Part shown: piece by piece, positions 46,500-59,780 of the stretch
Position numbering within the stretch: position 1 is the first letter of the stretch
Layout: each line of letters starts with the position of its first letter
DNA from: Neoechinorhynchus agilis
Lineage: Eukaryota > Animalia > Acanthocephala
Assembly: GCA_051530055.1 (NCBI GenBank)
Contig: CM121341.1
Coordinates: forward strand, 12,006,784 to 12,070,783
DNA length: 64,000 nucleotides
Direction: 5' to 3'
The notes under the pieces: model-generated
The model's input: only the letters and a program-made list of their open reading frames with translations
The model's database searches: none
What the model was told of the DNA's origin: nothing
Translations under genes and position numbers: made by a program

Positions 46500-48990
46500 T
46501 TTATTAAACAACGAAATCTACGCTTTCGTTTAAAGTAGCTTTATCTTCCTTAAAAGGAGACGGGCAAGCGTTTCACAAAAACTCAAATACTTCTGATTTA
46601 TCAGACAGACACTCTTGTGAAACTTATAATAATTACATATTTTCTTGTTCAAAGTAGAGAAGGAACGATTTGTAGCTGGATCCTCGTGAAAACTCGAACA
46701 ATATGATAGATTAAATGAATATGGGAAAGCTCCGATCGGGTAAGAATTGAAGGTTATTGTTTGTAGGAGAGTTTGTGAGGTTTGGTCTTTCCTCAGGTTC
46801 ATTTCTTGTCATGATATCCGAGAAGATTGAGCAGTGTTGAAAAAGGAGCGAAGACACAAGGAGGTGCGAGGTTGAGGGAGGATAAAATGACTCAACCTCG
46901 CACCTCCTTGTGTCTTCGCTCCTTTTTCAACACTGCTCAATCTTCTCGGATATCATGACCAGAAATGAACCTGAGGAAAGACCAAACCTCTGGTTCATTT
47001 CTGGTCATGATATCCGAGAAGATTGAGCAGTGTTGAAAAGGGAGCGAAGACACAAGGAGGTGCGAGGTTGAGGGAGGATAAAATGACCTGGAAGCGAAAT
47101 AAAATGTGGTAAAAGTTGTGGTGGTAGGGTTGAGGGGCGTTTTGACCGTTTAATGAAAATCTTATAAAGGCATTCGGTCAGAGGGGGAAAACCAAATGTG
47201 CAAATTTTAGATTCTCTTCTATTAAACGTTTCAAGACGACAAATTTGTGATTTGGACATGTTGTAAAAGACGGGATAGCCGTAGGTGAGGGAGGGAAAAA
47301 TAAAGCTCTTGTAAAATTTGGCAAGATCGGTTAAATGAGTTAAGTGGCGGAGGCGTTTGAGAGAAAGTTAACTGTGCGAGTCTCATTTCAGATTTGACTG
47401 AAATTGAAGACAAAGAATTCTGAGGGATATGACTCGTCGGATGTCATTTGGAAGATCGGGATAGGATATTGGATTACGAGAGAGTGAGGGAATAAACTCC
47501 AAGCATGTAAAGAAATTCAAGTGGCGTTTGTGATTGGTGCAGAAATCTTTGATGCGGGTGATTTCGTTAGAGGTTAAGGAGAGGGAGAGGTGGGGTGGTG
47601 ATTTTGTAATGAGGGTGAAATCGTCGGCTATAAGAAAAGTTTAGAATGAAACAAGATAGGTTTACTGACAAGACGGCGCCTTGAAGAACGACCTTGGTGA
47701 GGGTGATCATCGAGGAAGTAGCCCGGTACTGAATGTATTGCTGGCGATTGTGAAGATAAGAGGCCAGCCAGTGGATCTACCATTCCCTCAGTCCGAAATC
47801 GGAGCAGGCGTGGAGGAGTAGTGAATGGCTTACGGAGTCGAATACTTTTGACAAATGCAGTTGAATGAGACGTTGGCGTGAGAGGGATTATTGTCCAGAT
47901 TGCGTAGAAGCTTGTCATAAATTCAAGGTAGGGCATCCGTTGCAGAAAATTTGGGAAGGAAGCCGAATCGTAGGAGCGATAATTTGTTGCTAAGAATTGG
48001 ACGAAGAGGAGTTTTGTAGACATTTTTCGATAATTTTTGAAATAGCGGGTATTATGGATATTGGACGGAATGATTCGGCGAAAATAGGATTTAATTTTTT
48101 GGAACAAGGATAACTCTAGCAGAGGTAAGAGGGTCGATGAGTTCGGGATGATGCAGCGAAGAGCCCAGTTTGGGATTTCGAATTGAGAGGATGAGTTTCG
48201 AGGTAATTTCTTGAGATACTGTAGTACTTCGTCTGACGAAACTAGGGGGAGTATCGGCGAGTTGGCAAAAGTTTCAGCTGTGGGAGTGATGGTTTATGTG
48301 AACTCTTAGGTAGAGCAATGGTTGTAATTTTACTAAGGGCAGAAGTTCTCATTGATGGAGTCTAGAGCATGTTTCAGTTCAGAAGAGATCAAATTAGGGA
48401 AGGGATCGAGGGCCGTAGACCGAGAGTCTTTGGCGGCTAGCCACCATGTTGAATTGTCACTTGAACGATTTTTAGAGGAAAGGAAGTTAGGGAGTGATAA
48501 GGACCGAAGAGTGGCAAGAGTTCGCGGGGGGAGGGAGTTTAGAGACGGATGAGTAGGCGTCGATATTTGTGAACACTTTGTCGAAGTGAGCGTCAAGACG
48601 AGTTGGGAAGTCAATAAGTTGACGCAACACGGAGAAGGGTGTAGGAGGAAAAAGTTCATTGATGCCCCTGCAATTAAGAAATGGTATGAATTTGTGGAGT
48701 TTATGAGCTGCATCATCGAATCAAGTCGGCGCAAAGAGGACTCAGGACGAGAGGCAGAAGGGCGATAGACGCCACCAATTGTGAATTCTCCAAGACCATT
48801 TCTTAGAGTAGCTATGAAATGGACTGCGATGAATTCTAAATCGGGTTTTACAGAGAACCTATGAGAGATGAAGAGTAGAGTAGTGATTGTCGTGTGAACA
48901 TTGACGCATTCCCTCCTGGACGATCCTCGCGTTAAAGGGGATAGGCCTAAAACTGTTAATTTCGAACAAAATAATGGCACTGAGATTCAA
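46500..48990 (-). mobile_element. CR1/L2-like LINE cluster: endonuclease, RT remnants, 3' UTR with inverted triplication
   Basis: FTIGGVYRPS and HFLIAG (APE); FLIADDFTL (YADD-like); 3' UTR matching 12420-12500. Confidence 0.8.
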
Positions 48991-49054
48991 AGTGTGTGTT
49001 TTTCCAACGGGAGGTGGGTTAATACGCAAAGTCCCTCCATCAACGTTCGCACAT

Positions 49055-50373
49055 CTATTGTAGCTTTACTTGGAAAAAGAATCTCAACAGAGTAGTGAGC
49101 GCGAATAGACCGAAACAAGACAGCTTTGCGAGTACAGTGTCCGTATTCTCATTTCCATCGTCGTTGTTGAGCGTTCGTTTATCACGATCGCTTATATTGT
49201 CCATAAGGATGAGACAAATACTCGAAAGGCCATAGATGACCATGACTATCAGCGTTTCGATTTGCGTCTGCATCCTCATTCCAGAAGCGAATATACCAAT
49301 ACGATCGTGCTGGATAATAAGTAGTGGAGGTCCACGAATCACGTTCCACATTTGACCAGAGATGAATAAGAGAACGCAAATGATCGCTGCGGGTGGGCAG
49401 ATTTGACTAACGTACTGTCGACCGAATTCGCTTAATTTAGCAATCTCTAAGGTGTCCAAAGACTTATCACTGAATAAGAACAGGTATGTGGATCAGTGCT
49501 CATACCTAATAGAGGGGCATTATTCGTGGAGTTGAAAAAAAACACCAAATCTGGTGTGCAACCTCCGATTGGTTATTACCAATAATTTATCATCTATCAG
49601 CACAAGCCACATAGCGTTAGCAATTCGTTTGAAAAGTTCTCAAGAATAAAACCCGTAACATTTCGCTACAAAAGCTTCTAAAGTTGAATTTATTTAAGAT
49701 CCGCAAACAAGAAGATAAAAATGAACATAAAAAATGCTTAGATCGTTTGTGCTGCGCAATGACTGAAAGGTCAATGGGGATTAATAGAATCGTTCAAAGA
49801 ACCCGTATAAAGCACTAACATACAAGAGATGCCGATTACGGCTGAACCAACCATAATAAGTGGCATCATGAACGTTTCCTTGTTAACGCCAGTCTTTCCT
49901 CCATTTTCTTGGATTCTTAGTCGTTGCCTTACTACGCTGTCAATGAGCTTGGCAGAATGAGCGGGCCAATGCTTTCCTGGATTCACCCTGGTATCCACGT
50001 CAGGAACCTGTCGTCCAGTTTTAAGCAGAAAGACGCTGGGCACTTGTCGAATTGAGAATCGTTTATAAAGACTCCGTGCATTTACAGGATCCAATATTAT
50101 AATAAGAGGAAATAGCGGTGATTGACGGGAGTATGAAGAAGCGAGGGGAATGAGCGCTTTATTCGTGAGCTGGATACAAGCGGAGCATTTGGATGTTGTT
50201 TGGGTGGCTGTGAATACCGCAAGTACCGGGAAGGAGCGGTCCGCGTTAAGAATGAGATCGGAGAACTGTTCATCGTTTGTGTGAATGAGAAATGTAAGAG
50301 GATCTCTAAGCGTTAGAAGTTGATCAAAGGCGATCTGAGATGACACGAATGGTAGGATGATAAGAAATATCAT
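49055..50373 (-). CDS. Oligosaccharyltransferase OST3/OST6 family subunit (TUSC3/MAGT1-like), two exons
   Basis: Signal peptide, VFTA...CSAC thioredoxin-like motif, SGQMWNVIRGPP, QTQIETLIV, TM segments; an in-phase GT-AG solution exists. Confidence 0.9.
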
Positions 50374-50859
50374 TTACCAAAACAATGGGAATCGCATTTG
50401 AAATTTTCCTTGTTCTTTGGTCGGGAAGAAGGGAAAACGTTCAGGGGCTTATGAAATAATTGGTATATTTTAATTTATTTTTTAAAACTTACAAGCGACC
50501 TTGTTCAAGGCACAAGACTGTGTTCCGAAATATCGGATATAATAAATTCCTTTAATTTTTCCGCCATAGTCAAACATAAACAATTCGATCTTCAAAAATA
50601 TGCATTCATTAGTGGTGCTGTGGCGATTCAACGTTTTATTAAATGACGCCAAAAGCGAGGTTTTTTCGGTGCGACATCCAATGAAGACAAATATACACCA
50701 TAGAGACTGTCCGTTGATTCTAAGAGTGATCTTCTAAGTTCGTATGCGTTGCCTACCCGGTTGCGTTTATAACGAGCAATGTTCTGTTTCGAGTATTTAA
50801 TCGCATAAGATACTAATTAGTTTTTTAGCCTCACGAGTGATCAACTTTTTCTTTTACAT

Positions 50860-53800
50860 TGATAGCCGTCTTATGGCTTCCTCAGGAATCTACTAAAGCC
50901 CGTGAAGATGTGAAGTTTGTGTTAACCAAGCGACATCGAAACGGAAAGTACGTCCAGGCTGTTGAGCAGTTCTGCGGTTTTATCGAGCTTATGTCTAGAA
51001 CTCTAGTTCGCATTGTCTATGGAAACACCATCCCTTCCAACCGCCCAGAATATAAGTAGTACCTCGGCGATAGTTCCATCGAGTTCTTGGCCACAAATCT
51101 AACTCGCGTCGAAAATATTAAAGATCAGTTTGATCAACCGCATGTTCATAATCTTGTGAAATTCTACTCGATTTGCGAGCGTAATGATTGACTAACTTTG
51201 GTTTTAAATGGACACTTGGCGGAATGGTAAGAATAAAATAAAGAAAATCTTTAATTCAAACTTTGCCGTCTTATGGCTTCCCAGGAATCTACTAAAAAGC
51301 CCGTGAAGATGTAGTTTGTGTTAAATGTTGACATCGAAACGGAAAGTTCGGTTCAAGCTGTTGGAGCACCTATGTTTCTATCGAGCTTGCGTTCAGTAAT
51401 TTCAGTTCGCATTGTCTATGGAACACCATCCTTCAAACTGGGTTCAGGATATGTTGTACTCCTCGGCGAGTAGTTCCATCGAGTTCTTGGCTACAAATTC
51501 AATTCCGCGTCGAAAATATTAAAGATCAGCTCGATCAACCGCATGTTCATAATCTTGTGAAATTCTACTCGATTTGCGAGCTGCACGATTGACCAACTTT
51601 TGGTTTTAAATGGACACTTGGGCGGAATGGTAAGAACAAAAATAAAGAAAAATCTTTAATCTAAACCCCTTGGCTGCTCCATGGCTCAGTGAAAATCTGC
51701 AAAGGCACGTCGAGCTGTGAAATGTGTTGAACTAGCGACACCGAAACGGAAAGTTCGTCCAAGCTGTTGAGCAGTTCTGCGGTTTTTATCGAGCTTATGT
51801 TCAGTACTCTAGTTCGCATTGTCTATGGTCTATGGAAACACCCCTTCCAACCGCCCAGAATATAAGTAGTACCTCGGCGATAGTTCCATCGAGTTCTTGG
51901 CCACAAATCTAACTCGCGTCGAAAATATTAAAGATCAGTTTGATCAACCATGTTCATAATCTGAATTCTACTCGATTTGCCAGCTGCACGATTGACCAAC
52001 TTTTGGTTTTAAATGGACACTTGGGCGGAATGGTAAAAAATAAAGAAAATCTTTAATCTCAACCCTTGGCCGTCTTATGGCTTTCAGGAATCTACAAAAG
52101 CCCGTGAAGATGGAAGTTTGTGTTAACCAAGCGACATCGAAACGGAAAGTTCGTCCAAGCTGTTGAGCAGTTCTGCGGTTTTATCGAGCTTATGTCTAGA
52201 ACTCTAGTTCGCATTGTCTATGGAAACACCATCCCTTCCAACCGCCCAGGATATAAGTAGTACCTCGGCGATAGTTCCATCGAGTTCTTGGCCACAAATC
52301 TAACTCGCGTCGAAAATATTAAAGATCAGTTTGATCAACCGCATGTTCATAATCTTGTGGAATTCTACTCGATTTGCCAGCTGCACGATTGACCAACTTT
52401 TGGTTTTAAATGGACACTTGGGCGGAATGGTAAGGACAAAAATAAAGAAAAATCTTTAATCTCAACCTTTGGCCGTCTTATGGCTTCCTCAGGAATCTAC
52501 AAAAGCCCGTGAAGATGTGAAGTTTGTGTTAACCAAGCGACATCGAAACGGAAAGTTCGTCCAAGCTGTTGAGCAGTTCTGCGGTTTTATCGAGCTTATG
52601 TCTAGAACTCTAGTTCGCATTGTCTATGGAAACACCATCCCTTCCAACCGCCCAGATATATAAGTAGTACCTCGGCGATAGTTCCATCGAGTTCTTGGCC
52701 ACAAATCTAACTCGCGTCGAAAATATTAAAGATCAGTTTGATCAACCGTATGTTCATAATCTTGTGAAATTCTACTCGATTTGCCAGCTGCACGATTGAC
52801 CAACTTTTGGTTTTAAATGGACACTTGGGCGGAATGGTAAGGACAAAAATAAAGAAAAATCTTTAATCTCAACCTTTGGCCGTCTTATGGTTTCCTCAGG
52901 AATCTACAAAAGCCCGTGAAGATGTGAAGTTTGTGTTAACCAAGCGACATCGAAACGGAAAGTTCGTCCAGGCTGTTGAGCAGTTCTGCGGTTTTATCGA
53001 GCTTATGTCTAGAACTCTAGTTCGCATTGTCTATGGAAACACCATCCCTTCCAACCGCCCAGATATATAAGTAGTACCTCGGCGATAGTTCCATCGAGTT
53101 CTTGGCCACAAATCTAACTCGCGTCGAAAATATTAAAGATCAGTTTGATCAACCGCATGTTCATAATCTTGTGAAATTCTACTCGATTTGCCAGCTGCAC
53201 GATTGACCAACTTTTGGTTTTAAATGGACACTTGGGCGGAATGGTAAGGACAAAAATAAAGAAAAACTTAAATCAAACTTTGGCCGTCTTATGTTCCTCA
53301 GGAATCTACAAAAGCCCGTGAAGATGTGAAGTTTGTGTTCAAGCGACATCGAAACGGAAAGTTCGTCCAAGCTGTTGAGCAGTTCTGCGGTTTTATCGAG
53401 CTTATGTCTAGAACTCTAGTTGGCATTGTCTATGGAAACACCATCCCTTCAAACCGTCCAGGATATAAGTAGTACCTCTGCGATAGTTCCATCGAGTTCT
53501 TGGCCACAAATCTAACTCGCGTCGAAAATATTAAAGATCAGTTTGATCAACCGCATGTTCATAATCTTGTGAAATTCTACTCGATTTGCGAGCTGCACGA
53601 TTGACCAACTTTTGGTTTTAAATGGACACTTGGGCGGAATGGTAAGGACAAAGATAAAGAAAAATCTCCAAACTCAACCTTTGGCCGTCTTATGGTTTCC
53701 TCAGGAATGTACAAAAGCCCGTGAAGATGTGAAGTTTGTGTTAAACAAGCGACATCGAAACGGAAAGTTCGTCCAAGTTGTTGAGCAGTTCTGCGGTTTT

Positions 53801-55440
53801 ATCGAGCTTATGTCTAGTACTCTAGTTCGCATTGTCTATGGAAACACCATCCCTTCAAACCGTCCAGGATATAAGTAGTACCTCGGCGATAGTTCCATCG
53901 AGTTCTTGGCCACAAATCTAACTCGCGTCGAAAATATTAAAGATCAGTTTGATCAACCGCATGTTCATAATCTTGTGAAAATCTACTCGATTTGTCAGCC
54001 GCACGATTGATCAACTTTTGGTTTCAAATGGACACTTGGGCGGAATGGTAAGGACAAAGATAAAGAAAAATCTCCAAACTCAACCTTTGGCCGCCTTATG
54101 GCTTCCTCAGGAATCTACAAAGGCCCGTGAAGTCGGTGTTAACCAAGCGACATCGAAACGGAAAGTTCGTCCATGCTGTTGAGCAGTTCTGTATCTTTAT
54201 CGAGCTTATGTCTAGAACTCTAGTTCACATTGTCTATGAAAACACCATCCCTTCCAACCACCCCAGATATAAGTATTACCTCGGCGTGAGTTCCATCGAG
54301 TTCGTGGCCACAAATCTAACTCGCGTCGAAAATATTAAGGATCAGTTTTATCAACCGCATGTTCATAATCTTGTAGAATTCTACTCGATCGCATGATTGA
54401 TCACCTTTTTGTTTTAAATGGACACTTGGGCGGAATGGTAGGGATCCAGATAAAGAAAAATCTTTAATCTCAAACTTTGGCCGTCTTATGGCTTCCTTAG
54501 GAATCTACAAAGGCCCGTGAAGTCTGTGTTAACCAAAGCGACATCGAAACGGAAAGTACGTCCAGGCTGTTGAGCAGTTCTGCATCTTTATCGAGCTTGT
54601 GTCTAGAACTCTAGTTCGAATTGTCTATGGAACCACCATCCCTTCCAACCGCCCCATATATAGGTAGTACTTCCTCGTTAGTTCCATCGAGTTCTTGTCC
54701 ACAAATCTTTCACGCGTCGAAAATATTAAGGATCAGTTATATCAACCGCATGTTCATAATCTTGTGAAATTCTACTCGATTTTCTAGCCGCACGATTGAT
54801 CAACTTTTGGTTTTAAATGGACACTTGGGCGGAATGGTAAAGGCAAAGATAAAGAAAAATCTTCATCCTCAACCTTTGGCCGTGTTATGGCTTCCTCAGG
54901 AATCTACTAAAGCCCGTGAAGTCTGTGTTAACCAAGCGACACCGAAACGAAAGGTTCGTCCAGGCTGTTGAGCAGTTCTGCGGTTTTATCCGACTTATGT
55001 CTAGAACTCTAGTTCACAATGTCTATGGAAACACCATCCCTTCCAATCGCCCAGGATATAAGTAGTACCTCGGCGTTTGTTCCATCGAGATCTTTTGGCC
55101 ACAAATCTAACTCGCGTCGAAAATATTAAAGATCAGTTTGATCAACCGCATGTTCAAAATCTTGTGAAAATCTACTCGATTTGCTAGTAGCAAGATTGAT
55201 CAACTTTTGGTTTCAAATGGACACTTGAACGGAATGGTAAGGGCAAAGATAAAGAACAATCTTTAATCTCAACCTTTGGCCGTCTTATGGTTTCCTCAGG
55301 AATCTACAAAAGCCCGTGAAGATGTGAAGTTTGTGTTAACCAAGCGACATCGAAACGGAAAGTTCGTCCAAGCTGTTGAGCAGTTCTACGGTTTTATCGA
55401 GCTTATGTCTAGAACTCTAGTTCGCATTTATCTATGGAAA
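50860..55440 (+). repeat. Tandem array, about 400-bp unit, about 11.5 copies; unit resembles exon plus 63-nt intron
   Basis: TTGGCCGTCTTATGG at about 52066, 52469, 52876, 53280, 53681, 54088, 54478, 54877 and 55277. Confidence 0.97.
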
Positions 55441-56350
55441 GGCCGTCATTGATTGTAATTTACTATTTCTTATGAACGAAAATTTCGCTACATTATCAAA
55501 AAGTCTTTCAAGTTTAAATTATTTTCGTTGTTTAAATACATAACAAATGAAATTAATTTTAAATGTCTACATTCTCTCAAAAAACGTTTTATTAAATCGT
55601 CGTGCATATCGCTTTTAAGGAAAAATCCGCGGTTTTCAAACGAACTTAAAAGTGAAATCAATCAAACTAAACAAATGAATTACTTGCTAAGTGTTATTGA
55701 CATTTAGTAGCGTGTTTTCATCGCATTCAGGTCTGTTCAATATTTCGTTGAAAGCTTTTAGAATTTCATGTTTTGGCACACTTGACGTTACATCGCTGGA
55801 TTTTCCATCTTTTCAACTTTTATTCGTCGAATCATTCCAGCTTACAAAATTATTGGCTGTCACATTTTAAATATCTTGGTAACGAAAATCACTTATAGCT
55901 AAAGTATAAAAGTCGAAGGATGAAGGGAAATCGAGTAACTAAGATAAAATCCAAATCCCTCAAAAATTAAATGAAGTTAATCGTAAACATTGACGTTCTT
56001 TTACCTTTTGATTTTCCGCCCTATTACGAGTGTACGTCCAATAAAGTAATTGGTTGTATAAATACGACACGATTCAAAAACATCGAGTGTATCACATCGA
56101 CCGGAGGAAATCTTAGTCTCAGCAATAGTTGTAGGCACGATCAAAACAGCGATTTAATCCTTGTCATTTTATACTTAAATGCTGCCATTGTGATGAAGGG
56201 AGACAATGTCTGTCGGTTACCAATCTTCTTGTTTTCGTTTGTTGCGTTATAAAAACGCCCATTTTTAAGCTTTCTTAATTAAAAATGCAGTCCATACTGC
56301 AATTAGGGAGCTCATCGAGAATTTTTCGACGGGAATGCTTAGCGCTACTC

Positions 56351-56820
56351 AAGCCTTGGATCCGCGCTTAAAACGACAAAAATCCTCTGAAATTTGTGGA
56401 CTATCTCTCGCTTACTTTTCTATTCGAGAATTAGACCGCATGAAAAACAACTGTCGTTATTGTGCAGCTTCCTCAACGTAGTGACTGCTCTAATCGATCG
56501 ACGACTCGCGATCAGGAATAGTACTGGGGAAAGCGAAGAGCCTTTAGGTGGCCATTTCATTGGATAATTATTGATATGAGTATGAGTGGAAGCGTTTGCC
56601 TGAACTCATCAAGTAAGAGCACCAAGACGCCTTTCATATCCTTTTGACATAATTATCTTTCCCATACAATGCTTTTTCTAAATTCAACACAAACTAATTG
56701 CAAATTGTGGACTATCTCTTGCTTACTTTTCTATTCGAGAATTAGACCGCCTGAGAAACAACTGTCGTTATTGTGCAGCTTCCTCAATGCCGTTACTGCT
56801 TCAATCGATCGACGACTCTA
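56351..56820. repeat. Left copy of direct-repeat blocks flanking the PKA-R gene
   Basis: 56351-56638 matches 58899-59186; 56636-56702 matches 58635-58701; 56702-56820 is a partial re-copy of the first block. Confidence 0.9.
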
Positions 56821-56922
56821 ATACTCTTGAAATGATCAGCGAAAATCTTCGACATAAAACAGATCGCATGCATATCCATGGCAACCGTGATAGCTTTCTT
56901 TATTTACTAATAAAATTCTAGA

Positions 56923-57981
56923 ATGAATTCCGACAATTCCCCTGAAGATTACGACGTCCCGGAAGCAATTGCTGATTACTTACTTGGCCTAATACGATAC
57001 TTATCGGAAAACTTTGTAATGGACGCTGGAGTTGATATTAATAATATAGCGCTCGAATATGCAGTTTCTAGCGTCACAGGTGGAGATTATAGTTTTGGAA
57101 TTGAACCAGATTATGGAAATGTGACTCGGCGTGCATACATGGAGAGTTCGATAGAAGAAGATGAAGACACCGGCAGTGATCCTATCTTTGAAAAGACTGA
57201 AGAGCAGCGGGCAGGTATCAGAACGAAACTCCGGGCATTTCATTTATGTGAGAACCTTAGAATCGAGCAGTTGGAACAAATTATTGATGCCCTTGAACCG
57301 CTAAGCGTAAAGGCAGGTACTGTACTGATTAAGCAAGGTGAAAAAGGTGATACTTTTTACGTTATTGACAATGGAAAGTTCCAAGTTGTAGCAAATGATA
57401 ATATAGTGCATGAATTTATAAACACTGGTTGTTTCGGAGAATTAGCTCTGATTTTCAATACTCCTAGAAATGCAACAATAAAGGCAGAAACCGATGGGAT
57501 GCTTTGGACGATTGACAGGAGAACGTTTAGAAGAAAAGTAGTGCTAACGGCTAAAGAACGGGACAAGTTGTACGAAAATGCAATGACTTCTATTCCTTTA
57601 TTTAACGGCCTTGATCTTAACAGCAAAATTTACCTACTGAATTCGGTTAAACAGGAAATCTACGAAGACGGTGATTGTATTTTTAAGCAAGGAGAAGTTG
57701 CCGATTGTATGTATTTTGTGGAAGATGGAATCGTGAGAATCGAAATGGAATCAAATGGTCTTGTGAGAACTGTCAAGGAAATTAAAAAAGGAGATTACTT
57801 TGGCGAATTGGCATTGATCGACAACAAACCAAGAGCAGCTTCAGCCTTCGCGGTTGGTAAGACGAGAGTAGGAGTAATGACGGCTGATAAGTTTAAGGAG
57901 TACATGGAACCGATGTTGGATACCTTGGAGGAAAACAAAAAGAAGTATTATGAGCAGGTTAAAACTGTGTTTGGTAATTAA
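56923..57981 (+). CDS. cAMP-dependent protein kinase regulatory subunit (RII-like), divergent, intronless
   Basis: Two cNMP-binding cassettes, FGELALIFNTPRNATI and YFGELALIDNKPRAASA; KTEEQR linker; N-terminal D/D-like segment. Confidence 0.92.
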   Translation: MNSDNSPEDYDVPEAIADYLLGLIRYLSENFVMDAGVDINNIALEYAVSSVTGGDYSFGIEPDYGNVTRRAYMESSIEEDEDTGSDPIFEKTEEQRAGIRTKLRAFHLCENLRIEQLEQIIDALEPLSVKAGTVLIKQGEKGDTFYVIDNGKFQVVANDNIVHEFINTGCFGELALIFNTPRNATIKAETDGMLWTIDRRTFRRKVVLTAKERDKLYENAMTSIPLFNGLDLNSKIYLLNSVKQEIYEDGDCIFKQGEVADCMYFVEDGIVRIEMESNGLVRTVKEIKKGDYFGELALIDNKPRAASAFAVGKTRVGVMTADKFKEYMEPMLDTLEENKKKYYEQVKTVFGN

Positions 57982-58634
57982 GTAAATGTCCACATTATTT
58001 CATTAAATATTAATATTTTGTCATTGTCAATGATCGAAATTACAAGCATTACGTTTTTAATCCCACGTTTGCGGTGCTAATTATTAAAATAACGAAAATA
58101 CAAGTTTAAATTGTTTTTTTAGATCTTAAGACGACATAATTACAAATAGAAGTAGCGTGAAATGTCAGTTTATTTTGGTCCAGCGGAAAACGCTTTAAGG
58201 AGATTCTGTAAAGCAGTTTCGTAGTACTTTAATCTCTTTTCCTGAACAAAATTTTTTGCTTCTACATCTCGAACAAGACTCAATAAGAATCGGTTAGCCG
58301 CACTTGACCATAATTGAAGCATTGATGAAAACAAACAAACAATTAATTGAAGAAGATTTTTATTCAACGCTTTAATATCGAATGTTTGTCATACTAACTT
58401 CCGAAGAGATTTTTAAGGGTTTATGTTTTATTATTTATTTTTTAAGCTTTCTCAATTGCGTCAAAATTTCCATAACCTACTTCGCTATTATGAATATTTA
58501 CCTAAAAGTGCCATTCATGCTGAAATCAGGGAACTAATTGAGAATTTTCCAAGACTTCTCAATCAGTGATTATTCTAATTAATTGAGAATTTTTAACGAG
58601 GCTTTTGATAATGTCAACTAAGGTTTTATCATAA

Positions 58635-59186
58635 ATATCCTTTTGACATAATTATCTTTCCCGTACAATGCTTTCTCTAGATTCAACACAAACTAATTGC
58701 ATTTTGAAATCCACCTAAGTCCTAGGCAAATGGAAACGGAGTATTTCACGCAGTTTTACAACTCGTATTTCCTTCCCCCAGTTTTTAATCAAACCAATAT
58801 CTTAGGATAAACGTTTACAAAAAAATTAACATACTCAGCTGATATTAATAAGTAAAAAGAGCTTTTAAAAGTTGCCAGTATCGAGGCTAAACGTTTCTAA
58901 GCCTTGGATCCGCGCTTAAAACGACAAAAATCCTCTGAAATTTGTGGACTATCACTTGCTTACTTTTCTATTCGAGAATTAGACCGCATGAAAAACGACT
59001 GTTGTTCCTGTACAGCTTCCTCAACGTAGTGACTGCTCTAATCGATCGACGACTCGCGATCAGGAATAGTACTGGGGAAAGCGAAGAGCCTTTAGGTGGC
59101 CATTTCATTGGATAATTATTGATATGAGTATGAGTGGAAGCGTTTGCCTGAACTCATCAAGTAAGAGCACCAAGACGCCTTTCATA
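58635..59186. repeat. Right copies of the PKA-R flanking repeat blocks, in reversed block order
   Basis: See matches to 56351-56702. Confidence 0.9.
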
Positions 59187-59780
59187 CGTGCTATGTTTAA
59201 AGGCAGCTTCAGAACTAAATGTGGTGAAAGACCTCGATTGATCAGTTTGACAGCGACCCCTGAAGAAACCTTGGCAAATTAGACATGCGATCTTACCTCA
59301 GCGTGAATCAAATTAAGAAATATCGTTTTCCCAGTTCGTCCTGGAGAGCCAGGTTCGATTTTTGGTTATTTTCTCTGAGAATATTACTTTTGAGAGCGTG
59401 GTAGTAATGTCGCGACGCAGTGATTGCAAATTTGCCGATGCAAAGCAGATTCAGCGGCTGCGCGAACATTTATGATTCGCTGTTTTTTAATTGAAACATA
59501 TTTCGAACAAATATTCTACTTCTCTCATTGCAAAAACGTTTTTAAAATATATTAGCCATAGAACACTGCATAGCAGAACTCTCTGGTCGCTCAAAAAATT
59601 GTATTGTTCAATAACGGAAATCAATACAAAGCAGGATCTGTTTAAAGAGTACGTTCTCCTAATAAATTAAAATTAATTTCGCCTTCTTGAACGTGGATTA
59701 AACTGTTCGTTAAGCGCAAAATAAAAATATTATATTCAATCATTATATTTTGAACAGCACTTTTAAATATTGCCGCTGCT

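Noticed and set aside
52495-52575. Hammerhead-like pattern in each 400-bp unit (TGAAGA...GAAACG-loop-CGTC with partial helix I), suggesting a retrozyme array
   Set aside because: Core C3 is missing, stem II does not form properly, and the same bases read as open coding sequence between good splice sites. The exon explanation fits better. An in vitro cleavage test would settle it.
59325-59370. B-box-like GGTTCGATT with a T-arm-like stem
   Set aside because: No A box or complete tRNA fold is recognisable.
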